DNA of 64,000 bases, from the IMG/VR virus record IMGVR_UViG_3300022752_000057, positions 7,103 to 71,102 of that record; one strand, 5' to 3'. Below the pieces are notes generated by a model that saw nothing but the letters and a program-made list of their open reading frames with translations, searched no databases and was not told the origin of the DNA. The DNA comes from a virus. Shown here piece by piece: positions 9,892 through 21,754 of this stretch (the first letter of the stretch is position 1; each line of letters opens with the position of its first letter). The position numbers were made by a program, and so were the translations under genes.

Positions 9892-10461
9892 ATGTATTAT
9901 ATCTATTTTCTTAAAGATTTAAATAACAAAGTTCAGTATATTGGACAAACTCAAAATCCAGATACTAGAAGAAGAGAACATAAAAGAAATAAACCACCAC
10001 ATACTTTTGAATTGATAGAGCAACTTCAAGTTTCATTGGAAGCAAAAAATTTGGAAATCGAATACATAAAAAAATATGATACTTATAAAAATGGATGGAA
10101 TAAATCTCCAGGAGGAGAAGGATTTGAAAACTATGATAGAAGTGGTATTGGTGGCGTAAAGAAAGGGAATATACCTTGGAATAAAGATGTTAAGCATTGT
10201 TTTTCCGAAGAAACAATCAATAAAATGAAATCTGCGAGAAAAGGTAGAGTTTTTAGTAGAAAAATAACTGATGATCAAATTAAAGAAATAAGAGATTTAT
10301 ATGAAAAAAGTCCTCATTTGAATGATGTTGGTTTAATAATGAAAAATGGCAAAAAAATGTCATATATACAATCATTTTGTAAAGAATATTGCAGTAAATA
10401 TAATATAACTCCACAAGGAATGAAAAGAATTATTTTGAGAGAGTGTTGGAAAAATGTTTAA
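9892..10461 (+). CDS. Free-standing GIY-YIG homing endonuclease
   Basis: YIY..YIGQT..R..H, LEIEYI, GWN; late promoter TATAAATA at 9876-9883. Confidence 0.85.
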   Translation: MYYIYFLKDLNNKVQYIGQTQNPDTRRREHKRNKPPHTFELIEQLQVSLEAKNLEIEYIKKYDTYKNGWNKSPGGEGFENYDRSGIGGVKKGNIPWNKDVKHCFSEETINKMKSARKGRVFSRKITDDQIKEIRDLYEKSPHLNDVGLIMKNGKKMSYIQSFCKEYCSKYNITPQGMKRIILRECWKNV

Positions 10462-10762
10462 ACTTAATAAAAAATTTCAAGTAAAAACTCCAACGGGGTT
10501 TAAATATTTTTCAGGAATTCAAAAAGTCTATAAACCATTTTATCATCAAATAATTTTTGATGATGGTACTGAAATAAAGTGTTCGGATAAACATGCTTTT
10601 GGGGCAGAAAAAATAAGAGCAGATTCAATAAAAGTAGATGATATTATACAAGGAAAAAAAGTTGTATATAATGAAATTGTAGAAAAAGGAATATATCTTT
10701 ATGATCTACTTGATGTTGGAGAAGATAATCTTTACTATTCAAACAATCTTATCTCACACAAT
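10454..10762 (+). mobile_element. Atypical split intein C-fragment (103 aa)
   Basis: MFKLN..KTPTGFKYFSGIQKVYKPFYH..YLYDLLDV..SHN followed by Cys+1. Confidence 0.9.
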
Positions 10763-11617
10763 TGTGAATTCTTAGGATCTGTTGATACACTAATTGCACC
10801 ATCTAAACTCAGAAACCTCGTCTACGACCACCCCAAGACCCGTAGTGCAGGTTTAGATGTTTATGTGGATCCTGAAGAGAATCATGACTATTTGATTACT
10901 GTAGACGTTGCTAGAGGTGTAGGGAATGATTATTCAGCATTTACCGTAATTGATATTACACAATTTCCTCATAGAGTTGTAGCAAAATATAGAAACAATG
11001 AAATTAAACCAATGCTGTTTCCAAGTATTATTAGTGAAATTGGAAAAAGTTACAGCGATGCATATATTTTATGTGAGGTAAATGATGTTGGAGATCAAGT
11101 AGCAAGTATTCTTCAGTATGACTTGGAATATAAAAATCTTTTGATGTGTTCTATGCGGGGAAGAGCAGGACAAATTGTTGGACAAGGATTTTCTGGAAAG
11201 AAAACTCAACTTGGAGTTAAGATGTCCAAGACTGTAAAAAAAGTTGGATGTCTCAATCTTAAAACAATGATTGAGGAAGACAAGTTATACTTAAATGATT
11301 ATGAGATTATTTCAGAATTAACAACATTTATACAAAAACATAATTCATTTGAGGCAGAAGAAGGTTGCAATGATGACCTAGCAATGTGTTTAGTCATATA
11401 TGCTTGGTTAGTTGCACAAGATTATTTTAAAGAACTTACGGATCAAGATGTAAGAAAACGTTTATATGAAGAACAAAAAAATCAAATTGAGCAGGATATG
11501 TCTCCATTTGGATTTATATCTGATGGATTAGACTCAAATAGTTTTGTTGATGTTGATGGCGATAGATGGTTTGTTGATGAGTATGGTGATCGTTCTTACA
11601 TGTGGGAGTACATGTAA
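10454..11617 (+). CDS. g17: Split-intein C-fragment fused to terminase nuclease domain
   Basis: IntC ends ISHN/CEFLGS; then VDVARG.G.DYS and GCNDDLAM nuclease motifs. Confidence 0.93.
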   Translation: MFKLNKKFQVKTPTGFKYFSGIQKVYKPFYHQIIFDDGTEIKCSDKHAFGAEKIRADSIKVDDIIQGKKVVYNEIVEKGIYLYDLLDVGEDNLYYSNNLISHNCEFLGSVDTLIAPSKLRNLVYDHPKTRSAGLDVYVDPEENHDYLITVDVARGVGNDYSAFTVIDITQFPHRVVAKYRNNEIKPMLFPSIISEIGKSYSDAYILCEVNDVGDQVASILQYDLEYKNLLMCSMRGRAGQIVGQGFSGKKTQLGVKMSKTVKKVGCLNLKTMIEEDKLYLNDYEIISELTTFIQKHNSFEAEEGCNDDLAMCLVIYAWLVAQDYFKELTDQDVRKRLYEEQKNQIEQDMSPFGFISDGLDSNSFVDVDGDRWFVDEYGDRSYMWEYM

Positions 11618-11848
11618 ATGGACTTAGATGATCAAATCAAATTGGGGCATCTTCTTCTTGTTGATAGAAAATGTAGGTCATGTGGCGAATTAAAAAATTT
11701 AGTAGATGAATTTTATCGTACAAGAAAAAATAGAGGACATGTCGCATCTTCATATTCTTACGAATGTAAGGATTGTACTAAAAAAAGAATAGTTAAAGGG
11801 AGAGTAAAAACTGTAGTTTTTGATAGATGGCAATATCCTGACTGGTAG
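11618..11848 (+). CDS. Small CxxC/CxxC zinc-finger protein
   Basis: RKCRSCG..YECKDC. Confidence 0.7.
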   Translation: MDLDDQIKLGHLLLVDRKCRSCGELKNLVDEFYRTRKNRGHVASSYSYECKDCTKKRIVKGRVKTVVFDRWQYPDW

Positions 11849-11933
11849 TGCTTGTTCATGCACGGTTTCCCCTATGAAAAGTATTTTTTTAATAAATATT
11901 TTTTAGATAAACTGAGAATTTACGGAGAAAAAC

Positions 11934-14150
11934 ATGGCGACTCCTCAATTATCTCCAGGCGTACTCGTCAGAGAGGTTGACTTAACAGTAGGAAGAGCTG
12001 ATAATGTTTTAGATAATATTGGTGCAATTGCTGGACCTTTTCCAATTGGACCTGTTGACTACCCAATTGATATTACTACGGAACAAGATTTAATCAACGT
12101 ATTTGGCAAACCACTGTCTACAGATGCTCAATACGAATATTGGATGTCTGCAGCATCTTACCTTTCATATGGTGGAGTTCTTAAGGTTGTTAGAACTGGT
12201 GGCAATGCTTTAAGAACTGCAACTGCTGGTGTAGGATCTGCATTAACAACATTACAATTAGATAACTATGATGATTATCAAAATAATCATCAAAATGATA
12301 CAACTTGGTATTATGCTGCTAAGAATGAAGGAACTTGGGCAAATAACTTAAAAGTATGTGTGATTGACGATCTTGCAGATCAAAGAATCGCAATTACAAC
12401 AGCAGCTGCTTCTTTAAATGCCGCAGTTGGACTTGGAGTTAGTTTAAGTCTCTCAAATGTCACTATTGCTGGAGTTGGAACAACATCATCATTCAGTGGA
12501 TATTTAAAAGGAATTATCACTGGTATTTCCACAAGTTCATCTACTGGAACTTCCACTCTTGATGTTAAAATTGTTTCCAGAGTATCCTCTACAGGAACGG
12601 AAACCAAAATCACTTATGCAGAAAATACTGCATATGCAGCATTTGGCACTGGATCTGTTAGTGGAGTAGGAACGACTTTTAGTATCGTAAGTGCCGCTGG
12701 TACAATCCTTGGTCTTACTACAATTTCATCAGTCTCTGACTGGTATAATGAGCAAACTTTAGGATTAACAAACTCAACAATTTATTGGAAGTCAATTGCA
12801 CCAAAACCAACTACAACTCAGTATGCAGCAAATAGAAATGGCAGAAATGATGGCATTCACGTTGTTGTAGTTGATGATCTTGGAACTATCACAGGAATTC
12901 AAGGAAATATTATTGAAAAACATGTAGGACTCTCAAAGGCAGTTGATGCAGTTTCTGCAGTCAATTCTCCACAAAAAATATGGTATAAAAATTACATCGC
13001 AGATTTCTCTGCAAATATTTTTGCTGGACACAATCCTTCTGCTGCTGCAGATTCCCATCAAGGTACAACTCCAACAGCAACTGGATTTACAACATATTCT
13101 GGAGTTGCTTCTGCATCATTTGTTGCAATATCAACAGCAAATGGTCTTTGGAATCAAAATGCTCAAGACGTAACATTCAGTTCTGTAGGAAACAAAACAT
13201 ACACGTTAACGAGTGGTGTTGATTATTCTTCTGGTGGTGGAATGGCAGCAGATCTTGGAAGTCTTGTCACATCTTATAATTTGTTTAGTAATAAAGATCA
13301 AATTGCAGTTGATTATTTAATCATGGGACCTGGATTGGGAAGCAAAGATCTTTCTCAAGCAAAAGCTAATCATTTAATTAGTGTTGCGGAGGCAAGAAAA
13401 GACTGTGTTGCATGTATTGGTCCGCACAGAGCAGACCTAGTTAACATCACAAATACAACAACTCAAACAACAAATCTTGTTACATACTTTAGTCCGATTA
13501 GTTCTTCGTCATACGCAATTTTTGACAGTGGATATAAGTACACATACGACAGATTTAATAACCAATTTAGATATATTCCATGTAATGCAGATGTTGCTGG
13601 TTTAATGTGTCGTACAAATATTGTTGCATATCCTTGGTTCTCTCCAGCAGGACAGCAAAGAGGTGTTCTAAACAACGTTGTTAAACTTGCATACAATCCA
13701 TCAAAGGCTCAGAGAGATCAACTTTATCCTCAAAGAGTGAATGCGATTATCACAAAACCAGGTGTTGGAACGATTCTATTTGGTGATAAAACTGCACTTG
13801 GTTATGCATCAGCATTTGATAGAATCAATGTTCGCCGTCTGTTCCTCACAATTGAGCAAGCACTCCAAAGAGCTGCAGATGCTCAACTATTTGAGTTAAA
13901 TGATGAATTAACAAGAGCCAACTTTAGAAATATTGTTGAGCCATACCTGAGAGATGTTGAGGCAAAACGAGGACTCTATGGATTCCTGGTTGTTTGCGAT
14001 ACATCAAACAATACTCCTGATGTTATCGATAACAATGAGTTTAGAGCAGATATTTATCTGAAACCAGCTAAATCAATTAATTATGTAACGCTTACTTTTG
14101 TTGCTACAAGAACTGGCGTAAGTTTCGAAGAAGTAGCAGGTAGAGTTTAA
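11934..14150 (+). CDS. g18: Tail sheath protein
   Basis: LSPGVLVREVDLT start, PWFSPAG, FDRINVRRLF. Confidence 0.96.
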   Translation: MATPQLSPGVLVREVDLTVGRADNVLDNIGAIAGPFPIGPVDYPIDITTEQDLINVFGKPLSTDAQYEYWMSAASYLSYGGVLKVVRTGGNALRTATAGVGSALTTLQLDNYDDYQNNHQNDTTWYYAAKNEGTWANNLKVCVIDDLADQRIAITTAAASLNAAVGLGVSLSLSNVTIAGVGTTSSFSGYLKGIITGISTSSSTGTSTLDVKIVSRVSSTGTETKITYAENTAYAAFGTGSVSGVGTTFSIVSAAGTILGLTTISSVSDWYNEQTLGLTNSTIYWKSIAPKPTTTQYAANRNGRNDGIHVVVVDDLGTITGIQGNIIEKHVGLSKAVDAVSAVNSPQKIWYKNYIADFSANIFAGHNPSAAADSHQGTTPTATGFTTYSGVASASFVAISTANGLWNQNAQDVTFSSVGNKTYTLTSGVDYSSGGGMAADLGSLVTSYNLFSNKDQIAVDYLIMGPGLGSKDLSQAKANHLISVAEARKDCVACIGPHRADLVNITNTTTQTTNLVTYFSPISSSSYAIFDSGYKYTYDRFNNQFRYIPCNADVAGLMCRTNIVAYPWFSPAGQQRGVLNNVVKLAYNPSKAQRDQLYPQRVNAIITKPGVGTILFGDKTALGYASAFDRINVRRLFLTIEQALQRAADAQLFELNDELTRANFRNIVEPYLRDVEAKRGLYGFLVVCDTSNNTPDVIDNNEFRADIYLKPAKSINYVTLTFVATRTGVSFEEVAGRV

Positions 14151-14185
14151 TTTATCAATCTAAATAACAAAAGGAGGATTTAACA

Positions 14186-14776
14186 ATGGCAACAACAAGA
14201 GAAAACAAAACAATCTCTCAGTTTAAATCAGCACTTATTGGTGGCGGTGCTCGCCCCAATTTGTTTGAAGTAGAGATGACAACTTTACCTTCTGGCATTG
14301 CTTGGAATGCTGACAACTTTAGATTCATGTGCAAAGCGGCTGCTCTTCCTGCACAAAATATTGCATCAATTGATGTTCCATTTAGAGGAAGAATTTTTAA
14401 AGTTGCCGGAGATAGAACAATTGATACTTGGTCTGTAACAGTTATTAATGACGAAGGTTTTATTCTAAGAAATGCATTTGAGCAATGGGCAGATTTAATT
14501 GCCAGATTAGACAATAACATTGGTGCTACTGATCCAGTAGCATATATGACAAATGCAACTGTTTATCAGTTAGGAAGAGGATCAACTCCCAATAGCACAA
14601 CAAATACAGGGAACGCTAATGCAGTATTAAAAGAATATCAATTTATCGATATTTTTCCAACTCAAGTTTCTCAGATCGATCTTTCATATGATTCGGGAGA
14701 TACGATTGAGGAATTTACTGTCGAGTTCCAGGTTCAGTCCTTCACTGCTGCTGGAGCTGGTGGTCCAAACGGTTAA
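14186..14776 (+). CDS. g19: Tail tube protein
   Basis: GGARPNLFEV, VPFRGR..KVAGDRT, IEEFTVEF. Confidence 0.95.
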   Translation: MATTRENKTISQFKSALIGGGARPNLFEVEMTTLPSGIAWNADNFRFMCKAAALPAQNIASIDVPFRGRIFKVAGDRTIDTWSVTVINDEGFILRNAFEQWADLIARLDNNIGATDPVAYMTNATVYQLGRGSTPNSTTNTGNANAVLKEYQFIDIFPTQVSQIDLSYDSGDTIEEFTVEFQVQSFTAAGAGGPNG

Positions 14777-14803
14777 TAAATAGTATTAAAGATACAATAA
14801 ATT

Positions 14804-16483
14804 ATGTCAAAGTTATTTGGGTTCTCAATTGAGGACACTGAAAAGTTATCACCATCTTCGGTTTCCCCCGTTCCTCAAAATAATGAGGACGGGGTTGACC
14901 ACTATTTAAGCAGTGGATTTTTTGGATCTTATGTAGATTTAGAAGGTGTATATAGAACTGAATTTGAACTTATCAAAAGATATCGTGAAATGGCACTTCA
15001 TCCAGAATGCGATAGTGCTATTGAGGATATTGTAAATGAAGCAATTGTTTCCGACAGTAATGACGTTCCCGTTCAACTTGATTTAGATAATCTAAACGCA
15101 AGTGACGGCATTAAGAAGAAGATAAGACAAGAATTTAAATATATTTTAGACTTATTAGATTTTGATAAAAAGTGCCACGAGATTTATAGAAATTGGTATA
15201 TTGACGGCAGAATTTATTATCATAAAATTATAGATTTTAAAAATCCACAAGAAGGAATTCAAGAACTGCGATACATTGACTCAATGAAAATGCGTCATGT
15301 TCGCCAACAAAAAAAAAGTTCTGAAAACAAACTTGCACCAATACAAAGGTTGCAGGGTGAAAATCCAATGGATTATGAATTTCCAGAAATTGAAGAATAT
15401 TTTATTTACAATCCAAAAACTCCATTTCACTCAACAAATCCAACTTTAACTGGTGCTGGTCAAGGAATTAAAATTGCCAAAGATGCAGTTACATATTGCA
15501 CTTCAGGACTTGTAGATAGAAATAAAGGAAATACCTTATCATATCTCCATAAAGCGATTAAGTCACTCAATCAACTTCGCATGATTGAGGATTCTCTTGT
15601 CATTTATCGTTTATCTCGTGCTCCAGAAAGAAGAATTTTCTATATTGATGTAGGCAATCTTCCCAAGATTAAGGCAGAACAATATCTTCGTGATGTAATG
15701 ATGCGTTATCGCAATAAACTTGTGTATGATGCAAACACTGGTGAAATTCGTGATGATAAAAAGTATATGGCAATGTTGGAAGATTTTTGGCTTCCACGTA
15801 GAGAAGGTGGAAGAGGAACTGAAATCTCGACTCTTCCAGGTGGTCAAAATCTTGGAGAAATTACTGACATTGAGTATTTTAAGAAAAAACTCTACCGTTC
15901 ACTCAATGTTCCACCATCAAGAATGGATGGTGAAGGTGGATTTAATCTTGGACGTTCTTCGGAAATTCTGCGCGACGAACTTAAATTTACTAAGTTTGTT
16001 GGTCGTTTAAGAAAAAGATTTTCAAATATGTTTAATGATATGTTAAGAACTCAATTGATTCTTAAAAATATTATTACTCCAGAAGATTGGGAATCAATGA
16101 GTGAGCATATTCAGTATGATTTTCTGTATGACAATCATTTTTCAGAACTTAAAGATGCAGAACTTTTAAATGAAAGATTGGCAATGGTAGCAACTGCAGA
16201 ACCATACATTGGAAAATATTTTTCTCAAGACTATGTAAGAAGAAAAATTCTTCGCCAAACGGATGAAGAAATTTTAGAGCAAGATAAACTCATTGAAAAA
16301 GAAATTAAAGACGGAATTATTCCAGATCCAAACACTCCCGTTGATCCGATGACTGGTATGCCATTGGATGCTGCAGGAGCACCATCAGGAATGGATCTTG
16401 GACAACCAGTTATGGAACCAGATTTGGAATCTCAGGGAAAGGCAACTGAAGCGCCAAGTATTCCAAAGGGTGGAGAGATATAA
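14804..16483 (+). CDS. g20: Portal protein
   Basis: YRLSRAPERRIFYIDVGNLPK, EDFWLPRREGGRGTEI. Confidence 0.97.
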   Translation: MSKLFGFSIEDTEKLSPSSVSPVPQNNEDGVDHYLSSGFFGSYVDLEGVYRTEFELIKRYREMALHPECDSAIEDIVNEAIVSDSNDVPVQLDLDNLNASDGIKKKIRQEFKYILDLLDFDKKCHEIYRNWYIDGRIYYHKIIDFKNPQEGIQELRYIDSMKMRHVRQQKKSSENKLAPIQRLQGENPMDYEFPEIEEYFIYNPKTPFHSTNPTLTGAGQGIKIAKDAVTYCTSGLVDRNKGNTLSYLHKAIKSLNQLRMIEDSLVIYRLSRAPERRIFYIDVGNLPKIKAEQYLRDVMMRYRNKLVYDANTGEIRDDKKYMAMLEDFWLPRREGGRGTEISTLPGGQNLGEITDIEYFKKKLYRSLNVPPSRMDGEGGFNLGRSSEILRDELKFTKFVGRLRKRFSNMFNDMLRTQLILKNIITPEDWESMSEHIQYDFLYDNHFSELKDAELLNERLAMVATAEPYIGKYFSQDYVRRKILRQTDEEILEQDKLIEKEIKDGIIPDPNTPVDPMTGMPLDAAGAPSGMDLGQPVMEPDLESQGKATEAPSIPKGGEI

Positions 16484-16511
16484 ATACTAAAGAATTTAAC
16501 GCAAGAATATC

Positions 16512-16667
16512 ATGGATGATCTTTTAGATATGATTGTTTCAGATGAGTCACCATCAGAAATTAGCGACAAAATTAAAGAAATTTTGTTTGCAAAATCTGC
16601 AGAAAAAATTGATAATTTTAGACCTTATGTGGCAGATTCTTTTTTTGGTTCAGATGAGGAAGAATAA
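16512..16667 (+). CDS. Small acidic prohead-core-like protein (gp67 position)
   Basis: Manual translation MDDLLDMIVSDESPSEISDKIKEILFAK..SDEEE; between g20 and g21, after a late promoter. Confidence 0.6.
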   Translation: MDDLLDMIVSDESPSEISDKIKEILFAKSAEKIDNFRPYVADSFFGSDEEE

Positions 16668-16707
16668 TTAAAACAATAAATAATTATTAAATGAATTATA
16701 AAGAATA

Positions 16708-17265
16708 ATGGCACATAGACCAGTTGGGGCGGGAGTCTCTGTTAGTACAAGCACTGTAGCTGCTGCTACAACATCGTTTCCAATTCAAAGTGATACTTTG
16801 AGAGTTGTTGCTCTTGGAGCAAATGCTTTTGTCTCTGTGGGAACAAATCCAACAGCAACTCTTGCAGATTATCTGATTCCTGCAGGAACTTCAGCAACTC
16901 TTGCTCTTACAAAAGCATCTCAAAGAGTTATTGGAATTACGACAGGAACAACAACGGTGATTACTTGTCCAGAGGGAACTCAAATGCCTTTTGGTGTTGG
17001 AGATAAAGTTACTCTTTCTGGTGCAAATTTTGCACAATATAATACATTAATTACTGATGCAGAAGTTTTATCTGTAAATACGAATACATCGTATAACGGA
17101 AACTTCCAAACATCTATTACTGTAGATGCTAACACGAGTGGAATTACAACTGCATTTAGTTCTCCAGATGCAACACTAAGGAGATCCAATAGAATTTCTG
17201 CAATTACTAATGGTGGAGCAGGATCTATTTTTGTACAACAAGTTCAAATCTCAGGACAAGCGTAA
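16708..17265 (+). CDS. Hypothetical virion protein
   Basis: 185-aa Thr-rich ORF in the head cluster. Confidence 0.6.
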   Translation: MAHRPVGAGVSVSTSTVAAATTSFPIQSDTLRVVALGANAFVSVGTNPTATLADYLIPAGTSATLALTKASQRVIGITTGTTTVITCPEGTQMPFGVGDKVTLSGANFAQYNTLITDAEVLSVNTNTSYNGNFQTSITVDANTSGITTAFSSPDATLRRSNRISAITNGGAGSIFVQQVQISGQA

Positions 17266-17915
17266 TGAAACTCATCAGAGAAGAAATCGAAAAAGTTGAA
17301 GTTCTTACAGAGAATGTAAATGGAAAGAAATCCCTTTTCATTAAAGGTATTTTTCTCCAAAGTGAGTGCGTTAATCGCAATGGAAGAATGTATCCATTTT
17401 CGATTATGGAAAGAGAAGTGAAACGTTATAATGAAAATTATGTACAAAAAGGTCGTGCTCTTGGAGAACTTGGTCATCCAGATGGACCAACGGTAAACCT
17501 TGATAGAGTTTCCCATAAAATTACTGAGCTTTATCAAAATGGCAACAACTTTGTAGGTAAGGCACAAATTTTATCAACACCAATGGGAAAAATTGCAGAG
17601 TCTCTTCTTAAGGATGGAGTAACTCTTGGTGTATCATCTCGTGGTATTGGTTCTCTTAGAGAAAATACTAAGGGTTACAAAGAAGTTGGTGAAGATTTTA
17701 TGTTAGCAACTGCTGCTGATATCGTTGCAGATCCATCTGCACCTGATGCTTTTGTTCAGGGAATTATGGAAGGAAAGGAGTGGATATGGGATGGTGGAAT
17801 CTTAAGAGAAAAGTTTGCAGAAAATACTAAAAAAAGAATAAATACATTTGTTGATCAGGGTATTCTTGAGGAATACAAGCTGTCACTCTTTAATGAGTTT
17901 TTAAATTCATTGTAA
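17265..17915 (+). CDS. g21: Prohead protease
   Basis: NRNGRMY, ALGELGHP, GVSSRG.GS, DIVADPSAPDA. Confidence 0.96.
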   Translation: MKLIREEIEKVEVLTENVNGKKSLFIKGIFLQSECVNRNGRMYPFSIMEREVKRYNENYVQKGRALGELGHPDGPTVNLDRVSHKITELYQNGNNFVGKAQILSTPMGKIAESLLKDGVTLGVSSRGIGSLRENTKGYKEVGEDFMLATAADIVADPSAPDAFVQGIMEGKEWIWDGGILREKFAENTKKRINTFVDQGILEEYKLSLFNEFLNSL

Positions 17916-17969
17916 TTTCTTAATTTATAAATAAATATAGATTTAATACAGGAAAATCGGAGAGTTCAA

Positions 17970-19196
<1,227 letters not shown>

Positions 19197-19239
19197 GTTT
19201 AATATTAATCAAACACAAACTTCACAAAGGTAAAAGCAA

Positions 19240-20670
19240 ATGTTCTATTCCGAACAATTGCAGGAAAAGTGGGCACCTCTCCTCAACTATGAGGGTCTTG
19301 ATCAAATCAAAGATTCCCATCGTAGAGCGGTAACCGCTGTCCTGCTAGAAAACCAAGAAAAATTTTTAAGAGAGCAATCTGCATTTGAGCATGGCTCAAT
19401 GAGTATGCTCATGGAATCACCAACCAACAGTGGTAATGCTGCTGGTGCCTCTGGTGGATTCGGTGGTGGTGCTACCCCAGGTGGTCCTGTTGCAGGTTTC
19501 GATCCTGTTCTGATCTCACTGATCAGACGTTCAATGCCTAACCTGATCGCATATGATCTGGCAGGTGTTCAACCAATGAGCGGTCCTACTGGACTCATCT
19601 TTGCAATGCGTTCTCGCTATACCAATCAGAGTGGAACTGAATCCTTCTACAACGAAGTTGATTCAGCATTCTCTGGTGAGGACGCAGGTCGTGACCAAAC
19701 TGCAGGATTTAGTGATACTGCAGCTGGTATGGGTACAACCTCACAGTCAGGTTCTAACCCATCAGTTCTCAACCCAGTTTCAACTGCAACCTCAACTGCA
19801 TATAATGTAGGTCAAGGTTTAGTAACTGGTGATGCAGAAAACCTGGATGGTACTGGAGGTAATGCCTTCAACCAGATGGCATTCTCGATTGAGAAAGTCA
19901 CCGTTACCGCTAAGTCAAGAGCTCTGAAAGCTGAGTACTCATTAGAACTCGCTCAAGACCTCAAGGCAATCCATGGTCTGAACGCTGAAGCGGAATTAGC
20001 AAATATTCTCTCAACTGAGATTCTTGCTGAAATCAACCGTGAAGTTATCAGAACCATCTACAAGGTTGCTGAGCAAGGTGCAGTACAGAACACTGCAACT
20101 GCTGGTATCTTCGACCTCGACGTTGACTCCAACGGTCGTTGGTCAGTTGAGAAGTTTAAGGGTCTTCTGTTCCAAATTGAGAGAGATGCTAACGCTATCG
20201 CTCAGAGAACTCGTCGTGGAAAGGGCAACATCATCCTGTGCTCTGCTGACGTTGCTTCAGCACTGACCATGGCTGGTGTTCTCGATTACACCCCTGCACT
20301 CAACGCTAATCTGAACGTTGATGACACTGGTAACACCTTCGCTGGTGTTCTCCAAGGTAAGTATCGTGTATATATCGATCCATATGCTGCTAACCTGACT
20401 GCAGGCAATGCTTCACCAGGCAACCAGTACTATGTTGTTGGATACAAGGGTTCGAGCCCATATGACGCAGGTATTTTCTACTGCCCATATGTTCCTCTCC
20501 AAATGGTACGTGCCGTTGGTGAGAACTCCTTCCAGCCTAAGATTGGCTTTAAGACCCGTTATGGTCTTGTTGCTAACCCATTTGCTGAAGGAACCACTCA
20601 GGGTCTTGGTGCTCTTACAATTAACGCAAACCGCTACTATCGTAGAGTTGCTGTAAAAAATCTAATGTAG
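19240..20670 (+). CDS. g23: Major capsid protein
   Basis: GVQPMSGPTGLIFAMR, KSRALKAEYSLELAQDLKAIHG, FQPKIGFKTRYG. Confidence 0.98.
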   Translation: MFYSEQLQEKWAPLLNYEGLDQIKDSHRRAVTAVLLENQEKFLREQSAFEHGSMSMLMESPTNSGNAAGASGGFGGGATPGGPVAGFDPVLISLIRRSMPNLIAYDLAGVQPMSGPTGLIFAMRSRYTNQSGTESFYNEVDSAFSGEDAGRDQTAGFSDTAAGMGTTSQSGSNPSVLNPVSTATSTAYNVGQGLVTGDAENLDGTGGNAFNQMAFSIEKVTVTAKSRALKAEYSLELAQDLKAIHGLNAEAELANILSTEILAEINREVIRTIYKVAEQGAVQNTATAGIFDLDVDSNGRWSVEKFKGLLFQIERDANAIAQRTRRGKGNIILCSADVASALTMAGVLDYTPALNANLNVDDTGNTFAGVLQGKYRVYIDPYAANLTAGNASPGNQYYVVGYKGSSPYDAGIFYCPYVPLQMVRAVGENSFQPKIGFKTRYGLVANPFAEGTTQGLGALTINANRYYRRVAVKNLM

Positions 20671-20692
20671 AAATTTACTACATTAGATTCAG

Positions 20693-20717
20693 GAGACCCG
20701 AAAGGGTCTCTTTTTTT
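20693..20717 (+). terminator. Rho-independent terminator
   Basis: GAGACCC-GAAA-GGGTCTC followed by T7. Confidence 0.9.
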
Positions 20718-20736
20718 ATCTAAATAATTAGAAAAA

Positions 20737-21291
20737 ATGGCAGGACAGTCATCTCAAATTGAGAATAGAAACTTTCTTTCTCCAACAGGATTTAAATTTA
20801 TTCTTAAAAGAAGCCCAAAAGTTGCTTTCTTTTGCAATCAAGCAAATATACCCGATTTAAATTTAGGAATTGCAATTCAATCAAACTATCTGAGAGATAT
20901 ACCAACACCTGGAGACAAAATTGAATTTGGAGATTTAAATTTAAGATTTTTGGTTGATGAAAATCTTGAGAATTTTATGGAAATACAAAAATGGATACGT
21001 GGATTAGGATATCCAGAAAGTGTTCAGGAGTTTAGAGATTTGGCATCTGGTGGAATTATTAAAGCACCTTATGTCCAAGACAGGCAAGATATTTACTCCG
21101 ATGGCACACTTCAGGTTTTAAGCAGCAATTTAGTTGCTAAATTTAATGTAAATTTTAAGGACTTATTTCCATACTCTTTGGCAACTTTAACATTTGACGC
21201 TACTGATACAGATATTCAGTACTTTACAGCAGACGTAAGTTTCAAGTATACTTCATATAATATAACCACGTTGTCTGGAAATCCTTTATGA
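20737..21291 (+). CDS. g3: Tail completion/tube terminator protein
   Basis: NRNFLSPTGF, FLVDENLENFMEIQKW, F..LFP.SL. Confidence 0.85.
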   Translation: MAGQSSQIENRNFLSPTGFKFILKRSPKVAFFCNQANIPDLNLGIAIQSNYLRDIPTPGDKIEFGDLNLRFLVDENLENFMEIQKWIRGLGYPESVQEFRDLASGGIIKAPYVQDRQDIYSDGTLQVLSSNLVAKFNVNFKDLFPYSLATLTFDATDTDIQYFTADVSFKYTSYNITTLSGNPL

Positions 21292-21725
21292 TTATTGATC
21301 TTGACAAAATTCAAGAAATGTGGGAAAAAGACTCAAAAATAGATCCTGACAATTTACATACTGAGTCTTTAAGCATTCCATCTTTACATGCAAAATATTT
21401 TGATTTATATAATACCATTGTTCTTTTGAGAAAAAAAGCAGAGCAACAAAAAAGAAATATTCGTCACGAAAGATATGAGTACTATTCTGGAAAAGCAGAC
21501 CCAGAAACTTATCATGACAATCCTTTTCCCAAAAAAATCAGAGATAAAGATACCATGCAAAAATATCTTGATGCCGATGAAAAACTTTCAGCAATTTGTT
21601 TAAAAATAGATTACTACGATACTATCTTGACATACATCGAAAGTATTTTAAAGATGATTCAAAATCGCACGTATCAAATTAAAAATGCAATAGAGTTTAT
21701 TCGTTTTAACGCTGGATTGGGGTGA
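21288..21725 (+). CDS. uvsY: Recombination mediator UvsY
   Basis: ESL.IP.LHAKY, YYSGKA, R.YQIKNAIE; position before uvsW. Confidence 0.88.
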   Translation: MIIDLDKIQEMWEKDSKIDPDNLHTESLSIPSLHAKYFDLYNTIVLLRKKAEQQKRNIRHERYEYYSGKADPETYHDNPFPKKIRDKDTMQKYLDADEKLSAICLKIDYYDTILTYIESILKMIQNRTYQIKNAIEFIRFNAGLG

Positions 21726-21754
21726 AATAAATACATATAGATGAATTTATATGT

